IMG/VR virus record: IMGVR_UViG_3300021431_000075
Coordinates: 480,001 to 544,000 of that record
Reading direction: 5' to 3' (one strand)
Length of the DNA: 64,000 nucleotides
Origin: a virus
Taxonomy: Duplodnaviria > Caudoviricetes
Position 1 is the first letter of the stretch. Every line of letters begins with the position of its first letter. The notes below the pieces were generated by a model that had not been told where the DNA came from, ran no database searches, and saw only the letters and a program-made list of their open reading frames with translations. The position numbers were made by a program, and so were the translations under genes. Positions 19,387 to 29,341 of this stretch are shown piece after piece.

Positions 19387-20409
19387 TTATATACCCAGTT
19401 CCTCGTCCAAATCCAGGGTGAAAATTGCCTTGAGTCCGCCGCGAAAGTTGAGCGGAGTCTCCTGCTCCGCGCCGCTACTGTCGTTGTATGTCATCTTCGG
19501 AGTGATTGCTTGTTCCAGTGCCGACTTGACTTTCGATATGAGAGACCAGTCTCTTATCGTATAGTTCATCGACTGTGACACAAGGTCGCTGTACGTCTTG
19601 TCCGATAGTTTCTTATAGTCGCTTACAAGAATCTGCGCGATTCTTATGAAGTCACGGTCAAACGGCTCTTGCATAGCCTGCTTCTTTGAGATGTACGTCT
19701 TGAACCACTGGATTGTTCCGATGGACGGTATATAGAAGTTCAACTGGTTTCTTTGAGGATTGTCCGACCTGAATGTAAAGCATCTCTTCTCCTCGTTATA
19801 GTACTTGAGGAGCCAGTCCGGAAGGTCTATGAAAGAAATATTGTCTTTCTTCACGATGACTGTGTCGTTCTCATTGAGGTTGATTTTCAGTTCATTGTGA
19901 CCTTCTGGGAAAGTGAAGTCCCTGATTGCAAGAATGATGTACAATCTGTCGATATCCTTGAGGTCTTTCCATTGTCCGATTCCGTATTCGGACGGGAACG
20001 AGATGATGCAGCAACGCTCGATGATGTAGTTGAGCGCGTCGTCAATCTCGGAAACATCCTTATCATCCATCATCGACCAGTGCCTGATGTCCGCTCCGGA
20101 TGCCGCACGGATGCTGATTTTTGTTCCGTTCGGATAGAATATGCCTCCGGATGGAAGGTCTTCGGTCGGAATCTGAATCCATCCGAGACCGAGTTCTCTT
20201 GTCTCGTTGAGAATCTCTTCGCGGCGGTTCTGCTGTGCCTCTGCAAGAGACATCTTCTCTACCGGCGGTTCCGGAGATTGTCCTTGTGGTTGCGAATTGC
20301 CGACTTTGGTAGCAGGACTCACGTTGCTTGATGCAGCGCGTTCTTGCTCTTCTTTCTTGGCATATTCCGCCATCACTTCTTCAATGGTTTTCTTTTGCTT
20401 ATCAGCCAT
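19387..20409 (-). CDS. Baseplate hub assembly / tail assembly chaperone-like protein
   Basis: DLPSGGIFYP...ISIRA..., DL..IDRLYIILAIRD.TF pattern typical of T4 gp26/gp51-like proteins. Confidence 0.65.
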   Translation of the reverse strand: MADKQKKTIEEVMAEYAKKEEQERAASSNVSPATKVGNSQPQGQSPEPPVEKMSLAEAQQNRREEILNETRELGLGWIQIPTEDLPSGGIFYPNGTKISIRAASGADIRHWSMMDDKDVSEIDDALNYIIERCCIISFPSEYGIGQWKDLKDIDRLYIILAIRDFTFPEGHNELKINLNENDTVIVKKDNISFIDLPDWLLKYYNEEKRCFTFRSDNPQRNQLNFYIPSIGTIQWFKTYISKKQAMQEPFDRDFIRIAQILVSDYKKLSDKTYSDLVSQSMNYTIRDWSLISKVKSALEQAITPKMTYNDSSGAEQETPLNFRGGLKAIFTLDLDEELGI

Positions 20410-20515
20410 AATATTCTTATAGTTTCAAATTATATATCTTTATTTCTTATCAAATGTGTATAAGAGATGAGGACAATTTTGCATCTTTTTGGTTAAAAGC
20501 GCTCAATTGTTAAAA

Positions 20516-20546
20516 AGTATACAACAAAAGTGTTGGAAAGTTTAAA
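20516..20546 (-). promoter_or_regulatory. Phage class-II promoter TTTAAAC-N18-TATACT
   Basis: Exact motif and spacing. Confidence 0.75.
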
Positions 20547-20552
20547 AAAACC

Positions 20553-22484
20553 TTATAGCCATGCTACATTTCCCTGATATAGCGTCGTTTCTTGTCCTGC
20601 CGAGTCTCCGGTGTCAGTCATGATTGCAAAGTATCTGTTTGCGGCGGGTACGCTCATAATCTGCTCTGCCTGTTCGCCTGTTATGTAGAAAACGAGAGTT
20701 CCGATACCGAGATTTTGCTTGGTTGAGTCAGGGTTCGGACTTATTGCCAATTTCTGTGTTCCGTCAAGCAACGGAAAGACAATCTTGTACTTGTACGGTC
20801 CTGTCAGGTCATAAGGAATCCTCGCATTGTCATCGTTGATATTGAACAGCTGGACAAGATAGTTGGAACTTGTCCTGTATAGCCTGAGCGTCATCTGTCC
20901 CTGGGTGTATATGTTCGCTCCGGTTCCGATGTTCTTTGCTACAAGGTTTGTCGAGTTGTAGTAGCTTCTTATGTACTTCTCTTTTATGTTCTCTTGTGGA
21001 GACACGATGTTATGTGTCGTTCTGTTAATCTTGTTGACAATCTTGTATGTGTTGACATTCAGATAGTTCTTGATGTCGTCCATATAGTTGTTCGCGTCAA
21101 CTGTCAGTGTCGCTATTCTGATAGCCTCGATTGCCTTATATACGTTCACGAGCCTGCAAGTGTACTTGAGACAGATTGCATATGCGCCGATTTTCTCGAT
21201 GATATTCTTGTTCGGGACGAATCTTGTTCTCCAGTACTCGACCGTGTTCATTTCCGCATTCTTGCTATAGTCGATGATTCTTGAATATGCCTCGTCATAA
21301 CCGTAGTCCGAATTTCCGACCTTATATACATAAGTGACGTTCAAGTCGTTATATATTTTCCATTTGATTGGTCTGTCGTCCGAATCGTTGTTATAGTATA
21401 GAGAGTCGCCTCCGTAGTCAACATCGTTTATTTCATCATCCGCCGTGTTCAGGTCATAGAAACTGTTCGTTGTTACTGGAATAGCGCCAGCTTCTATCTG
21501 TGCCATGATGTTTCCGTCGAGTTCGTATGAGTTCGTGCTGTCGCCGTAAGTCGGATAGTATATGATTGAATGGTCGTTCGGGTCTTCGTATATCCTGACG
21601 TTGAAGTAGTCTGAAGATACTTCCGGATTCATAGACGCGGAAACGACCGAGTCTGTCGTGAAACGAACGGCGGATAATTCAAAACTTCCGATGCGCACTT
21701 TGGCTGTGGCATCTGACTTTCCTGATGATACAGTTGCAAAGTCTATGATTGTGTTCGCGTTCGGATTCACCTTGTATTCGACATTGTCAAGAACGAAAGT
21801 GTAACTCGGGTTTATGGCATCTGCATAGTCCTTGAGAGCGATTCCGTACAGGGACGGAAACTCTATCGTGATGTATCTGTCATAGAACTTCGAGTTCATG
21901 AACAGCGGAGACTTCAGATAGCGGATGATGGTCCTGTTCTGGCTGTCTGTCGTGACTCCGTTGAAAAGGTCCTTGCTGACATATCCGCAGAAGATGGTCG
22001 CATCTGTTTCCTTCGTATAGCGCCTGCCGTCGTCCTCGTTGATGTCATAATTTGCTTTAGACTTCACCTGTAGAGTGAATCCGTCTATGTTGTCGAAGTT
22101 GAAGCCCCTGATGAAATAGATGTTTATCTGGTCATAGTAGAAACCGGCATTCGTTTTTTCTTCCGAGTACTTTACTACTGACGAAGTCTGATAGTTCATC
22201 GCATTCGCTATCGTTATTCTTGAGTCTGTTATGTGCTCGAAAGATGTTCCGTTCTCATCCGGATACATCTGGTAAATGGACATGTTCTTGTAGTAGTCTG
22301 CAGATGATGTGTATTTCGGTGCTTCCGTGTAGTATATGTTGTCATCGTTTCCCTTGTATATGTAATATCTGCTCGGCTGCGTGTAGCCGTCGATGCCCTG
22401 ATTGTTGATGATGTTGTACTGGTTGCTTCTATATTCAAGAAGAATCTGCGGAGTTACTCTATAGAAATTGGATGTGATAGCCAT
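20553..22484 (-). CDS. Hypothetical protein, probably virion structural
   Basis: 643-aa Tyr/Asn-rich ORF with beta-strand character. Confidence 0.65.
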   Translation of the reverse strand: MAITSNFYRVTPQILLEYRSNQYNIINNQGIDGYTQPSRYYIYKGNDDNIYYTEAPKYTSSADYYKNMSIYQMYPDENGTSFEHITDSRITIANAMNYQTSSVVKYSEEKTNAGFYYDQINIYFIRGFNFDNIDGFTLQVKSKANYDINEDDGRRYTKETDATIFCGYVSKDLFNGVTTDSQNRTIIRYLKSPLFMNSKFYDRYITIEFPSLYGIALKDYADAINPSYTFVLDNVEYKVNPNANTIIDFATVSSGKSDATAKVRIGSFELSAVRFTTDSVVSASMNPEVSSDYFNVRIYEDPNDHSIIYYPTYGDSTNSYELDGNIMAQIEAGAIPVTTNSFYDLNTADDEINDVDYGGDSLYYNNDSDDRPIKWKIYNDLNVTYVYKVGNSDYGYDEAYSRIIDYSKNAEMNTVEYWRTRFVPNKNIIEKIGAYAICLKYTCRLVNVYKAIEAIRIATLTVDANNYMDDIKNYLNVNTYKIVNKINRTTHNIVSPQENIKEKYIRSYYNSTNLVAKNIGTGANIYTQGQMTLRLYRTSSNYLVQLFNINDDNARIPYDLTGPYKYKIVFPLLDGTQKLAISPNPDSTKQNLGIGTLVFYITGEQAEQIMSVPAANRYFAIMTDTGDSAGQETTLYQGNVAWL

Positions 22485-22629
22485 GCTTTTTGAACATTTA
22501 TTGTTTAGTATTTATTTTAGTAATTGTATATTTTTATATTATAAACAATCAAAACTGCATAAAATATTCAATTATTTATATGTGAAAATATTGAGTCGAT
22601 GAGACTTATAATGTATAATTTTATAACAC

Positions 22630-24006
22630 TTAATGAAACCATTCATCAAGCCAATTGTTCATCTTTGCAACAATATATGCTCTATTAGACTTATAATAAA
22701 AATCACGTTTTGTTTTATATTTTTTTGATTCTTCATAACAAGTTTCATAATTCCAATAATTTTTTGGTTTTTTGATAAACCAATTATAATCATAAATCCA
22801 TTTGTTTTTACATGAAGTATGATATGCTGTTTGGTTACCTTTTTTGAATTCTCCACTTGTTCTATATTTTTTTGCTTCTTTGTAACAAGTTTCATAATTC
22901 CATTTTCCTTTTCCGATGCTACCAATCGAACCTGTTTTTGCTTTGTTCAATATAACCCATCCATTTTCTTTATATCTTTTTAGCCAGTATTCTTCTTTAA
23001 TCGCACCTTCTTTTATTGTTAGATTTGTTTCAAGAATCTTCATCTGTGGAACAGCAATATTATGTTTCTTGGCAAAAGAAGAAACACTATCTAAATCATA
23101 TATATGCTCTTTGTCTCTTATTTTTGCTCTCTTTACTAATGTTCTTCCAATATATGCTGAATTTTGTTCTTTAAATTCATAAACATAAACACAATCTATT
23201 TTATCTTTATATAAGTCAAATCTAATATCTTTGAGCCATTTATAATCATCAATCCATTTGTTTTTATGTGCAGCAAAGTATGCATATTGATTCTCATTTT
23301 TAAATTCACCTCTGGAACTGTATTTTTTTGCTTCGTTGTAACAGTTTTCATAATTCCAAAACCCATTTGGTTTTGCTATTTGTTCAAACCAAGTGTAATC
23401 ATCAATCCACTTGTTTTTGAATGCTGCTTTGTATGCTGATTGACAACCTTTTTGAAAATTTTTTCTTGTTTTATATTTTTTTGCTTCTTCGTAACAAGTT
23501 TCATAATTCCATTTTTGTTTTGTTTTTGATGGAGCAAACCAGATATAATCATCAATCCATTTGTTTCTAAGTGCAACATCATATGCGCTGTTACAATTTT
23601 TACTAAATTCATTTCTGGAACTGTATTTTTTTGCTTCATTGTAACAGTTTTCATAATTCCAAAACCCATTTGGTTTTGCTATTTGCTCAAACCAAGTGTA
23701 ATTATCAAGCCACTTGTTTTTTAATGCCGCATTGTATGCACCACTACTTCCTTTTTGAAATTTTTTTCTTGTTTTATATTTTTTTGCTTCTTCGTAACAA
23801 GCTTCATAATTCCATTTTATTTGGTTTAATGAACGTAATTTAATTCCATCGTCAAACCAATCATAATCATCAATCCAATTGTTTCGTCTTGCACCATTAT
23901 AAGCACTGTTATTGCTATGCTTAAATTCATTTCTTGTCTTATATTTTTGGGCTTCTGTATAACAATGATTATAGTTATCCCAATAACCTTTAGGGTTTCT
24001 TTTCAT
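22630..24006 (-). CDS. GIY-YIG-like putative homing endonuclease with tandem ~47-aa WNYExCYxEAKKY repeats
   Basis: CVYVYEF...AYIGRT...R..EH...E.YW...LNK nuclease-like core; about seven repeats; markedly AT-richer than its neighbours. Confidence 0.7.
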   Translation of the reverse strand: MKRNPKGYWDNYNHCYTEAQKYKTRNEFKHSNNSAYNGARRNNWIDDYDWFDDGIKLRSLNQIKWNYEACYEEAKKYKTRKKFQKGSSGAYNAALKNKWLDNYTWFEQIAKPNGFWNYENCYNEAKKYSSRNEFSKNCNSAYDVALRNKWIDDYIWFAPSKTKQKWNYETCYEEAKKYKTRKNFQKGCQSAYKAAFKNKWIDDYTWFEQIAKPNGFWNYENCYNEAKKYSSRGEFKNENQYAYFAAHKNKWIDDYKWLKDIRFDLYKDKIDCVYVYEFKEQNSAYIGRTLVKRAKIRDKEHIYDLDSVSSFAKKHNIAVPQMKILETNLTIKEGAIKEEYWLKRYKENGWVILNKAKTGSIGSIGKGKWNYETCYKEAKKYRTSGEFKKGNQTAYHTSCKNKWIYDYNWFIKKPKNYWNYETCYEESKKYKTKRDFYYKSNRAYIVAKMNNWLDEWFH

Positions 24007-24116
24007 ATTTAATTATTTTTTTAAATTTATCTTGATTTTATGTTTAATGAAATCTTGATTTTCAGCACAGAAAAAGCCGGCATTCAACTTAAGATGACCG
24101 GCTTGTTCTATAATAT

Positions 24117-24884
24117 TTAAAAGTTGATGATTCCGTATCCGACTCCGATTCCGATGTATGGTTTGAACTTCATGTCGCTTGTGAGACCGAAACCGACTTG
24201 CGGTCCTATGTGCCATCTTTTCTGCTTGAACTTTGACTTGATGACTGCGCTTTGTGTCGGGTCGATGACTGCTCCGGTTATGTCATTTATCTTTACAAAC
24301 GGGTTCTCGCTCCTTGCTATGAACTTGAGCTGCTTGTCGCGCTCAATCAAATCAACGGTCAAGTCAACCGGGATGTACAGGTTCGTAATAGTTGTCGAGA
24401 ATCCTGAGAAGTCCGATGCAACATCTGTGATGCCGGAAATCGAATAGTAGTAGTCAGGATGCGTGCTGTGCCAGTGTAGTTGCCTTTGTGTGGAGTCCGC
24501 GTCTGCCACGACTATAGAGTCTGCATCCGCATAGATGGTGTCCGTGTGGAAGTACTGCTTGATTTTGGTAATCGTGACCGGATGGTCTTTCAGGTTTCTG
24601 ACTTCGTCTGCAAGTTCGTCGTTTTGTTGCTTCAGTTCGTCAATCGTCTTGATGTATGTGTTCTTTGCAACATATTCCTCGTTCAGTTTGTTCTTGTATA
24701 TCTCAATCGAGTCGTTGACGATGACGACAGGCTTTAGAGAGCGCTTATAGTAGTGTCTTGCTGCAAGTATTCCTGCTGTTGCTGCAACAACAAGTATGAA
24801 GATAATCCAGTCTTTGACTGTCATTTTCTTCGCTACGGCAAGAATCCATTCAATCACTTGTGCTGCTATTGCTGTTAAGTTCAT
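24117..24884 (-). CDS. Membrane-anchored coiled-coil protein beside the endolysin (spanin-like candidate)
   Basis: N-terminal TM helix, coiled coil, C-terminal RWHIGPQVGFG...PYIGIGVGYGIINF beta-hairpin. Confidence 0.55.
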   Translation of the reverse strand: MNLTAIAAQVIEWILAVAKKMTVKDWIIFILVVAATAGILAARHYYKRSLKPVVIVNDSIEIYKNKLNEEYVAKNTYIKTIDELKQQNDELADEVRNLKDHPVTITKIKQYFHTDTIYADADSIVVADADSTQRQLHWHSTHPDYYYSISGITDVASDFSGFSTTITNLYIPVDLTVDLIERDKQLKFIARSENPFVKINDITGAVIDPTQSAVIKSKFKQKRWHIGPQVGFGLTSDMKFKPYIGIGVGYGIINF

Positions 24885-24910
24885 CTTGTATGAATGTATT
24901 TTAATGATTT

Positions 24911-25369
24911 TTAATTAGTTGCATTATGTTTTATGTATTCATCACAGTCGAAGTACATCTTGATTTCGCTTTTTCTTCTATCAATAAGAGACTTGTTCTT
25001 TCCGCCGGATGTGTATGTGTACTTCCAGAAGTCTCGCAGACCGTCATCATAAGGGTTCTTCTGAATCATTCTTCCAAGATCCGTGTTGGAAATGTTTCCG
25101 ACATTGAGAGCGAAAGAGAAGCAGGCATCGAACATGTTCTGGAACATGAACTTCTCGTCATAAATCAGGTTTACGTCATCTTCTATCGCTTTGTTGTCCT
25201 CGTAGAACATTTCTTTCAGTTCATCATCGGAGTATATTTTTGATTCGTCGATGTCGTCGCCCGTATGGTTGATTCCGACCACAAGAGTTCCGGACTGGTT
25301 TCTGTACGGCTTGTTCGAGTACGGCTCCAGACTCTTTATGAATTCATATCCCTTGTCACTCAGACGCAT
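24911..25369 (-). CDS. GH24 (phage lysozyme-like) endolysin with a divergent active site
   Basis: S.KG..FIK..E, PY....G...G..H, QNMFDA..SF..NVG, L..RR..E. Confidence 0.8.
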   Translation of the reverse strand: MRLSDKGYEFIKSLEPYSNKPYRNQSGTLVVGINHTGDDIDESKIYSDDELKEMFYEDNKAIEDDVNLIYDEKFMFQNMFDACFSFALNVGNISNTDLGRMIQKNPYDDGLRDFWKYTYTSGGKNKSLIDRRKSEIKMYFDCDEYIKHNATN

Positions 25370-25483
25370 TGTTTATATTATGTTTGAGTTATTTATCAAT
25401 GTGGCTGGAGTGATTTCTATTAAGAGATTTTTGTTTTGAAAAGCAAAAAGCAGATGCGTTGAACATCTGCTTTTCCTATTTTC

Positions 25484-26164
25484 TTATAAATTCGTCATAA
25501 TGATTTGTGTCACAAGTTCATTGAGTTGCTCTGGGGCTTTCGTCCAGAATTCTTCATAAGTTGCTGCAGTGTCATTTAGAACAGCATCACTCACGATTCT
25601 TACAGAAACGAAAGGTTTTGAGTATCTGTAGCAAGTTTGTGCAATCGAAGCGGACTCCATGTCGATGCCTATCGAGTTCATAAAGTTGTCATATATGGCA
25701 ATAGCCTTGTATTTTGTATCTACAAACCAGTCTCCGCTAACCACATAGCCTTTGTGTATGTTGAACTTCTTGTCCAGTTTGCTTGTGTCTATGTCGATGC
25801 ATTTGAACTTTGCTGGAAGATCTTGAACTTGTCCCAAGTCGTTCGGCACGCCGCACCACATATCATGGTATCCGACTTCTTCCGCTATGATGAAGTCTCC
25901 CGGAATGATTCCGTTTGGCTTCAGAGTTCCGCACACTCCGCTTGATATGATGAAATCTACATTGAATGTCTCAATCATCTTCATCGTGCAAAGTGCCGAG
26001 TTCACTTTTCCTATTCCGGACTTTGACACTATGATTATGTGTTCATCGTCAACAGAACCGATATAGAAGTCGAATAACCCCTTATTCTCATGGACTAATG
26101 AAAACTTGTTCTTGAAAAGTTCAAGTTCTTTGTCCATTGCTACTATTAAACCGATTGATTTCAT
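25484..26164 (-). CDS. mtnN: 5'-methylthioadenosine/S-adenosylhomocysteine nucleosidase
   Basis: IGLIVAMDKE, SGIGKVNSA, SGDWF, DMESASIAQTC, R.VSD. Confidence 0.92.
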   Translation of the reverse strand: MKSIGLIVAMDKELELFKNKFSLVHENKGLFDFYIGSVDDEHIIIVSKSGIGKVNSALCTMKMIETFNVDFIISSGVCGTLKPNGIIPGDFIIAEEVGYHDMWCGVPNDLGQVQDLPAKFKCIDIDTSKLDKKFNIHKGYVVSGDWFVDTKYKAIAIYDNFMNSIGIDMESASIAQTCYRYSKPFVSVRIVSDAVLNDTAATYEEFWTKAPEQLNELVTQIIMTNL

Positions 26165-26185
26165 ACTAAACTATTTTTCTTGGAT

Positions 26186-26216
26186 AGTATACAGAAAAAT
26201 AGCGGTTTGGTTTAAA
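26186..26216 (-). promoter_or_regulatory. Phage class-II promoter TTTAAAC-N18-TATACT
   Basis: Directly upstream of mtnN. Confidence 0.75.
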
Positions 26217-26225
26217 ATAAGACGG

Positions 26226-26558
26226 TTATTTTGTTTGTGTTTCTGCAAAATTAAAGCCGAACCCGCACAGTGAAAGCAGAAGAAGCGTTCTGTTGAACTC
26301 ATTTAATGTGAGTTCCTTGTGACCTTTCAAATCAACCATGTGAATGCGCATCTGGTTCACGTCAAGCGCCCTGCCGTCCTTATAGACTCCCATTACATAG
26401 TCGAATGCATCCAAAAAGAATTTGACCGACTTCTTGTCAAGTTCCGGACTCTCTATAATCTTGTCCCTGAACCTTATTGCTGATTCTTCAAAGGAAAGTC
26501 CTTCAAAACCAGCTTTCCACTCATCTATGTCGTCATTTTGTTTCTTTTTGTCAATCAT
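26226..26558 (-). CDS. Hypothetical protein
   Basis: 110-aa ORF. Confidence 0.7.
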   Translation of the reverse strand: MIDKKKQNDDIDEWKAGFEGLSFEESAIRFRDKIIESPELDKKSVKFFLDAFDYVMGVYKDGRALDVNQMRIHMVDLKGHKELTLNEFNRTLLLLSLCGFGFNFAETQTK

Positions 26559-26653
26559 TGCCTTAAAATATAATTTATTCCAACTATTTATTTGAAAAGA
26601 GCAGGGAACCTTAAAAACAGTTCTCTGCTCTTATCTGTTTGTGTTTATCTGGT

Positions 26654-27844
26654 TTAATAAGATTCGTCGTATATGATGAGCATGTTCTTCTTGATGAAGC
26701 ATCTCCATGCATGCTTTGTCATGTCATAGTATGTAATTATGTTCGGATTCTTGATTCTTTGCTGGTCCGGTGCAGCCTGTATGCTCGCGCCGTCTATTCT
26801 CGATAGAATTTCCGAAGATGTTGTTCCGAATGATTGCCTTTCGACGCCATTCTTCTTCTTGAAAACGAAATGGACGATTCCTTTGCTGAGAGTTTTCTTG
26901 AAAACTTCCGCATTGAAGAAAGTATCTTCACTTCGGTCTCTTCTCGGATTTTCAGAATCTACATATGTCATGATTTCCACTTCATAGTCATCCGGATCGT
27001 TGCCGAGCGTGATGCCGAGTTCTTCAGCGGTTTCCCTATAAGACGCCTTCCTTCCGGACCATTCGGTTCCATATGTCTCGTCGGTGCCTTCGTATATGTT
27101 GCCGTCCGCGCAATCTTTTGTTACTTTGTCATCTTTGATATCTGCGACAAGTTCTTCCATATTGTTGAACTCTCCGTCTGTCACGATATTGGATATGCGG
27201 TTCATGAACGCCGACTCGTCAGTAATCGTATTCGGGTCGATGATGTTGCCGTCCCGGTTTCCATCCGGCAATACAGAAATCTTGGGAACCACGTCAGATA
27301 TGCGCTTCACGTCCCAGAAACCGTGGATGATCTGGTCTATAGCGTCTGAAATCGAAGTCGCGTCAATCCATACTGTTACCACGTCATTGTCTATCGAGGA
27401 TATGTACTTGATGTAGTATGTAGTCTCGTTGAAATCGTCTGCATCCGGAAAGTTCGGAACAAGAGGATGTGTCACTCTTCTCGCCTGCGATTTCATCGGA
27501 GCAATCTCGCGGAGTCTCTGACTTACAGATACAGAATCCTGTTCAAGAGTATTGATGTCATAGTTGTGGCTGTTTGATGCTTCTATTGATGCTTCTCTTG
27601 CAACCCTCAGGTTAACCGGAACATCGTTCGGAGTCCCGACATTGCCTATGTTGATTGAGTATACGATGCCGTCCGCATATTTCTTGAAGTCAAGGAGTCT
27701 CTTTATGCACTTGAGATATTGCCAAGCTGATATTTTCCTGATATATGACTTGTTATTAAGCAGTTCTTCTTGCCTGTTGGCTGCACGCCTTGCAAGTTCT
27801 GGTGACATTTCATATAACTTCGAAGTATTTCTATCGCGTTTCAT
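26654..27844 (-). CDS. Protein with a C-terminal WYL_2/SH3-like (DUF2693-type) domain
   Basis: GIVHFVFKKKNG.ER...GTT ... ITYYD..K.AWRCF. Confidence 0.65.
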   Translation of the reverse strand: MKRDRNTSKLYEMSPELARRAANRQEELLNNKSYIRKISAWQYLKCIKRLLDFKKYADGIVYSINIGNVGTPNDVPVNLRVAREASIEASNSHNYDINTLEQDSVSVSQRLREIAPMKSQARRVTHPLVPNFPDADDFNETTYYIKYISSIDNDVVTVWIDATSISDAIDQIIHGFWDVKRISDVVPKISVLPDGNRDGNIIDPNTITDESAFMNRISNIVTDGEFNNMEELVADIKDDKVTKDCADGNIYEGTDETYGTEWSGRKASYRETAEELGITLGNDPDDYEVEIMTYVDSENPRRDRSEDTFFNAEVFKKTLSKGIVHFVFKKKNGVERQSFGTTSSEILSRIDGASIQAAPDQQRIKNPNIITYYDMTKHAWRCFIKKNMLIIYDESY

Positions 27845-27898
27845 AATTATGTAATTGTTTCGATTAAATTATAAGATATTTATTTAGTTGATGTTGCA

Positions 27899-29278
27899 TT
27901 ATGCGTTATAAACTTGCAAGAATGGAATAGTATAAGTATTTTCATTAATTCCTTTTTTATCGACAGTCATTTTATTATTTACATAATGAACACAATAAGA
28001 GTATATTAAATCATCACTGATGATGAAGCTGCTTGATATAAAAGTTCTTTCGAATGATGAAACCAAATCTTTTAAAGCATAAGAAAATTTATATTTGGAT
28101 AATGATTCATCAATTAAAGAAACGATATTTTCCAAATTACTGAATAATCCTTCAAGTTCATAAATTGCCGGAATGTACCAGTTTCCTTCTGTAGTTCCAA
28201 TCGGAGCATATTTGTATGTAATCATATTGGTTGGAAAGGTTCCTCGTTCATGATCGTCGCTAATTATTTGACTGTACCAATTCTCATCAAAATTTCCAAA
28301 TTTATCAATCTCGTCATTCATCATCTTATATAGTATCGGCTGGTTCTGATAACCGTGCATTTGAGATAACTGATTTATTAAATCTTTGTCCGGATTGAAT
28401 AAAAATGGTGCAAATGTGCAGAAACCATGTTTGATTTTATAACCGCTGCAACCATATTTGGGATAAAACAGGGATGCTATGTTCAATGCTGAAAATATCG
28501 CAGATTTGGTTCCAGGGATGACACATACAGCAATTGGATAGTTGAGCATGTCATCTTCAGTCTGCTGGCTGACAAGTTTTCCATCACGAGTTGCATACAG
28601 CAAAGAACCGATTTTGAAATCCTTGATTTTCTGGTTTGAACTTTCTGATAGATGAACCGGTCCTGTATATGACAATTGCGGTTTTCTAATTTTAATTGTT
28701 TGCTTGTTGTTTCCGAATAGTTTGGTGAACGTTAGCCTTATGTTTTGTGACTTTACTGAGAATTTGTCAAATATGCAACAATCATCAACAAATATGCTAT
28801 AATAATAGATTTCATCAGCATTGTGAGAAATTGTACTGATTAGTTTATAGAATAAGTTCGACCACAATCTGTAGGCATACTTAAAATCACAATCTTTGTT
28901 TAATTTGACATCTATAATAATATGTGGAAAAATGAAATCACTTGTTATTTCATTATATATTTCACGCATCTTTTCATAGATTTCCTTCCGGTTGATAAAA
29001 ATCTCATTTGACAATTTATTAACATCGCTTGTCTTACAAAACATTGCATCACCGATTTTATAACTAAAAATATGATACTCTATTAGAGGATGTGTTGATA
29101 GTATGTTATTTGTTGCTGTCAATAATGAGTATATTTGACGTTTTAACCGATTTTTAGCATAATCATATAGACATGTAAACGTTGATAGAATATCAAATCT
29201 TAACTGACAATCAAATTCAACATCATCAGTTATTTCGGTTGGTTCTATATTGTCAAAAAGGCTTTCGTTCAGTGTCAT
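27899..29278 (-). CDS. Hypothetical protein with an N-terminal LNESLFD motif and a C-terminal DUF1566/CLec-like domain
   Basis: PIAVCV, GNWYIPAIYEL, FISSS, terminal IPFL; AT-rich. Confidence 0.6.
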   Translation of the reverse strand: MTLNESLFDNIEPTEITDDVEFDCQLRFDILSTFTCLYDYAKNRLKRQIYSLLTATNNILSTHPLIEYHIFSYKIGDAMFCKTSDVNKLSNEIFINRKEIYEKMREIYNEITSDFIFPHIIIDVKLNKDCDFKYAYRLWSNLFYKLISTISHNADEIYYYSIFVDDCCIFDKFSVKSQNIRLTFTKLFGNNKQTIKIRKPQLSYTGPVHLSESSNQKIKDFKIGSLLYATRDGKLVSQQTEDDMLNYPIAVCVIPGTKSAIFSALNIASLFYPKYGCSGYKIKHGFCTFAPFLFNPDKDLINQLSQMHGYQNQPILYKMMNDEIDKFGNFDENWYSQIISDDHERGTFPTNMITYKYAPIGTTEGNWYIPAIYELEGLFSNLENIVSLIDESLSKYKFSYALKDLVSSFERTFISSSFIISDDLIYSYCVHYVNNKMTVDKKGINENTYTIPFLQVYNA

Positions 29279-29341
29279 GGAAAAACGATATTGTACATAT
29301 TAAGATATTTATCGTTTTCTGCCGAGCGAAAGCCTTTTTAA

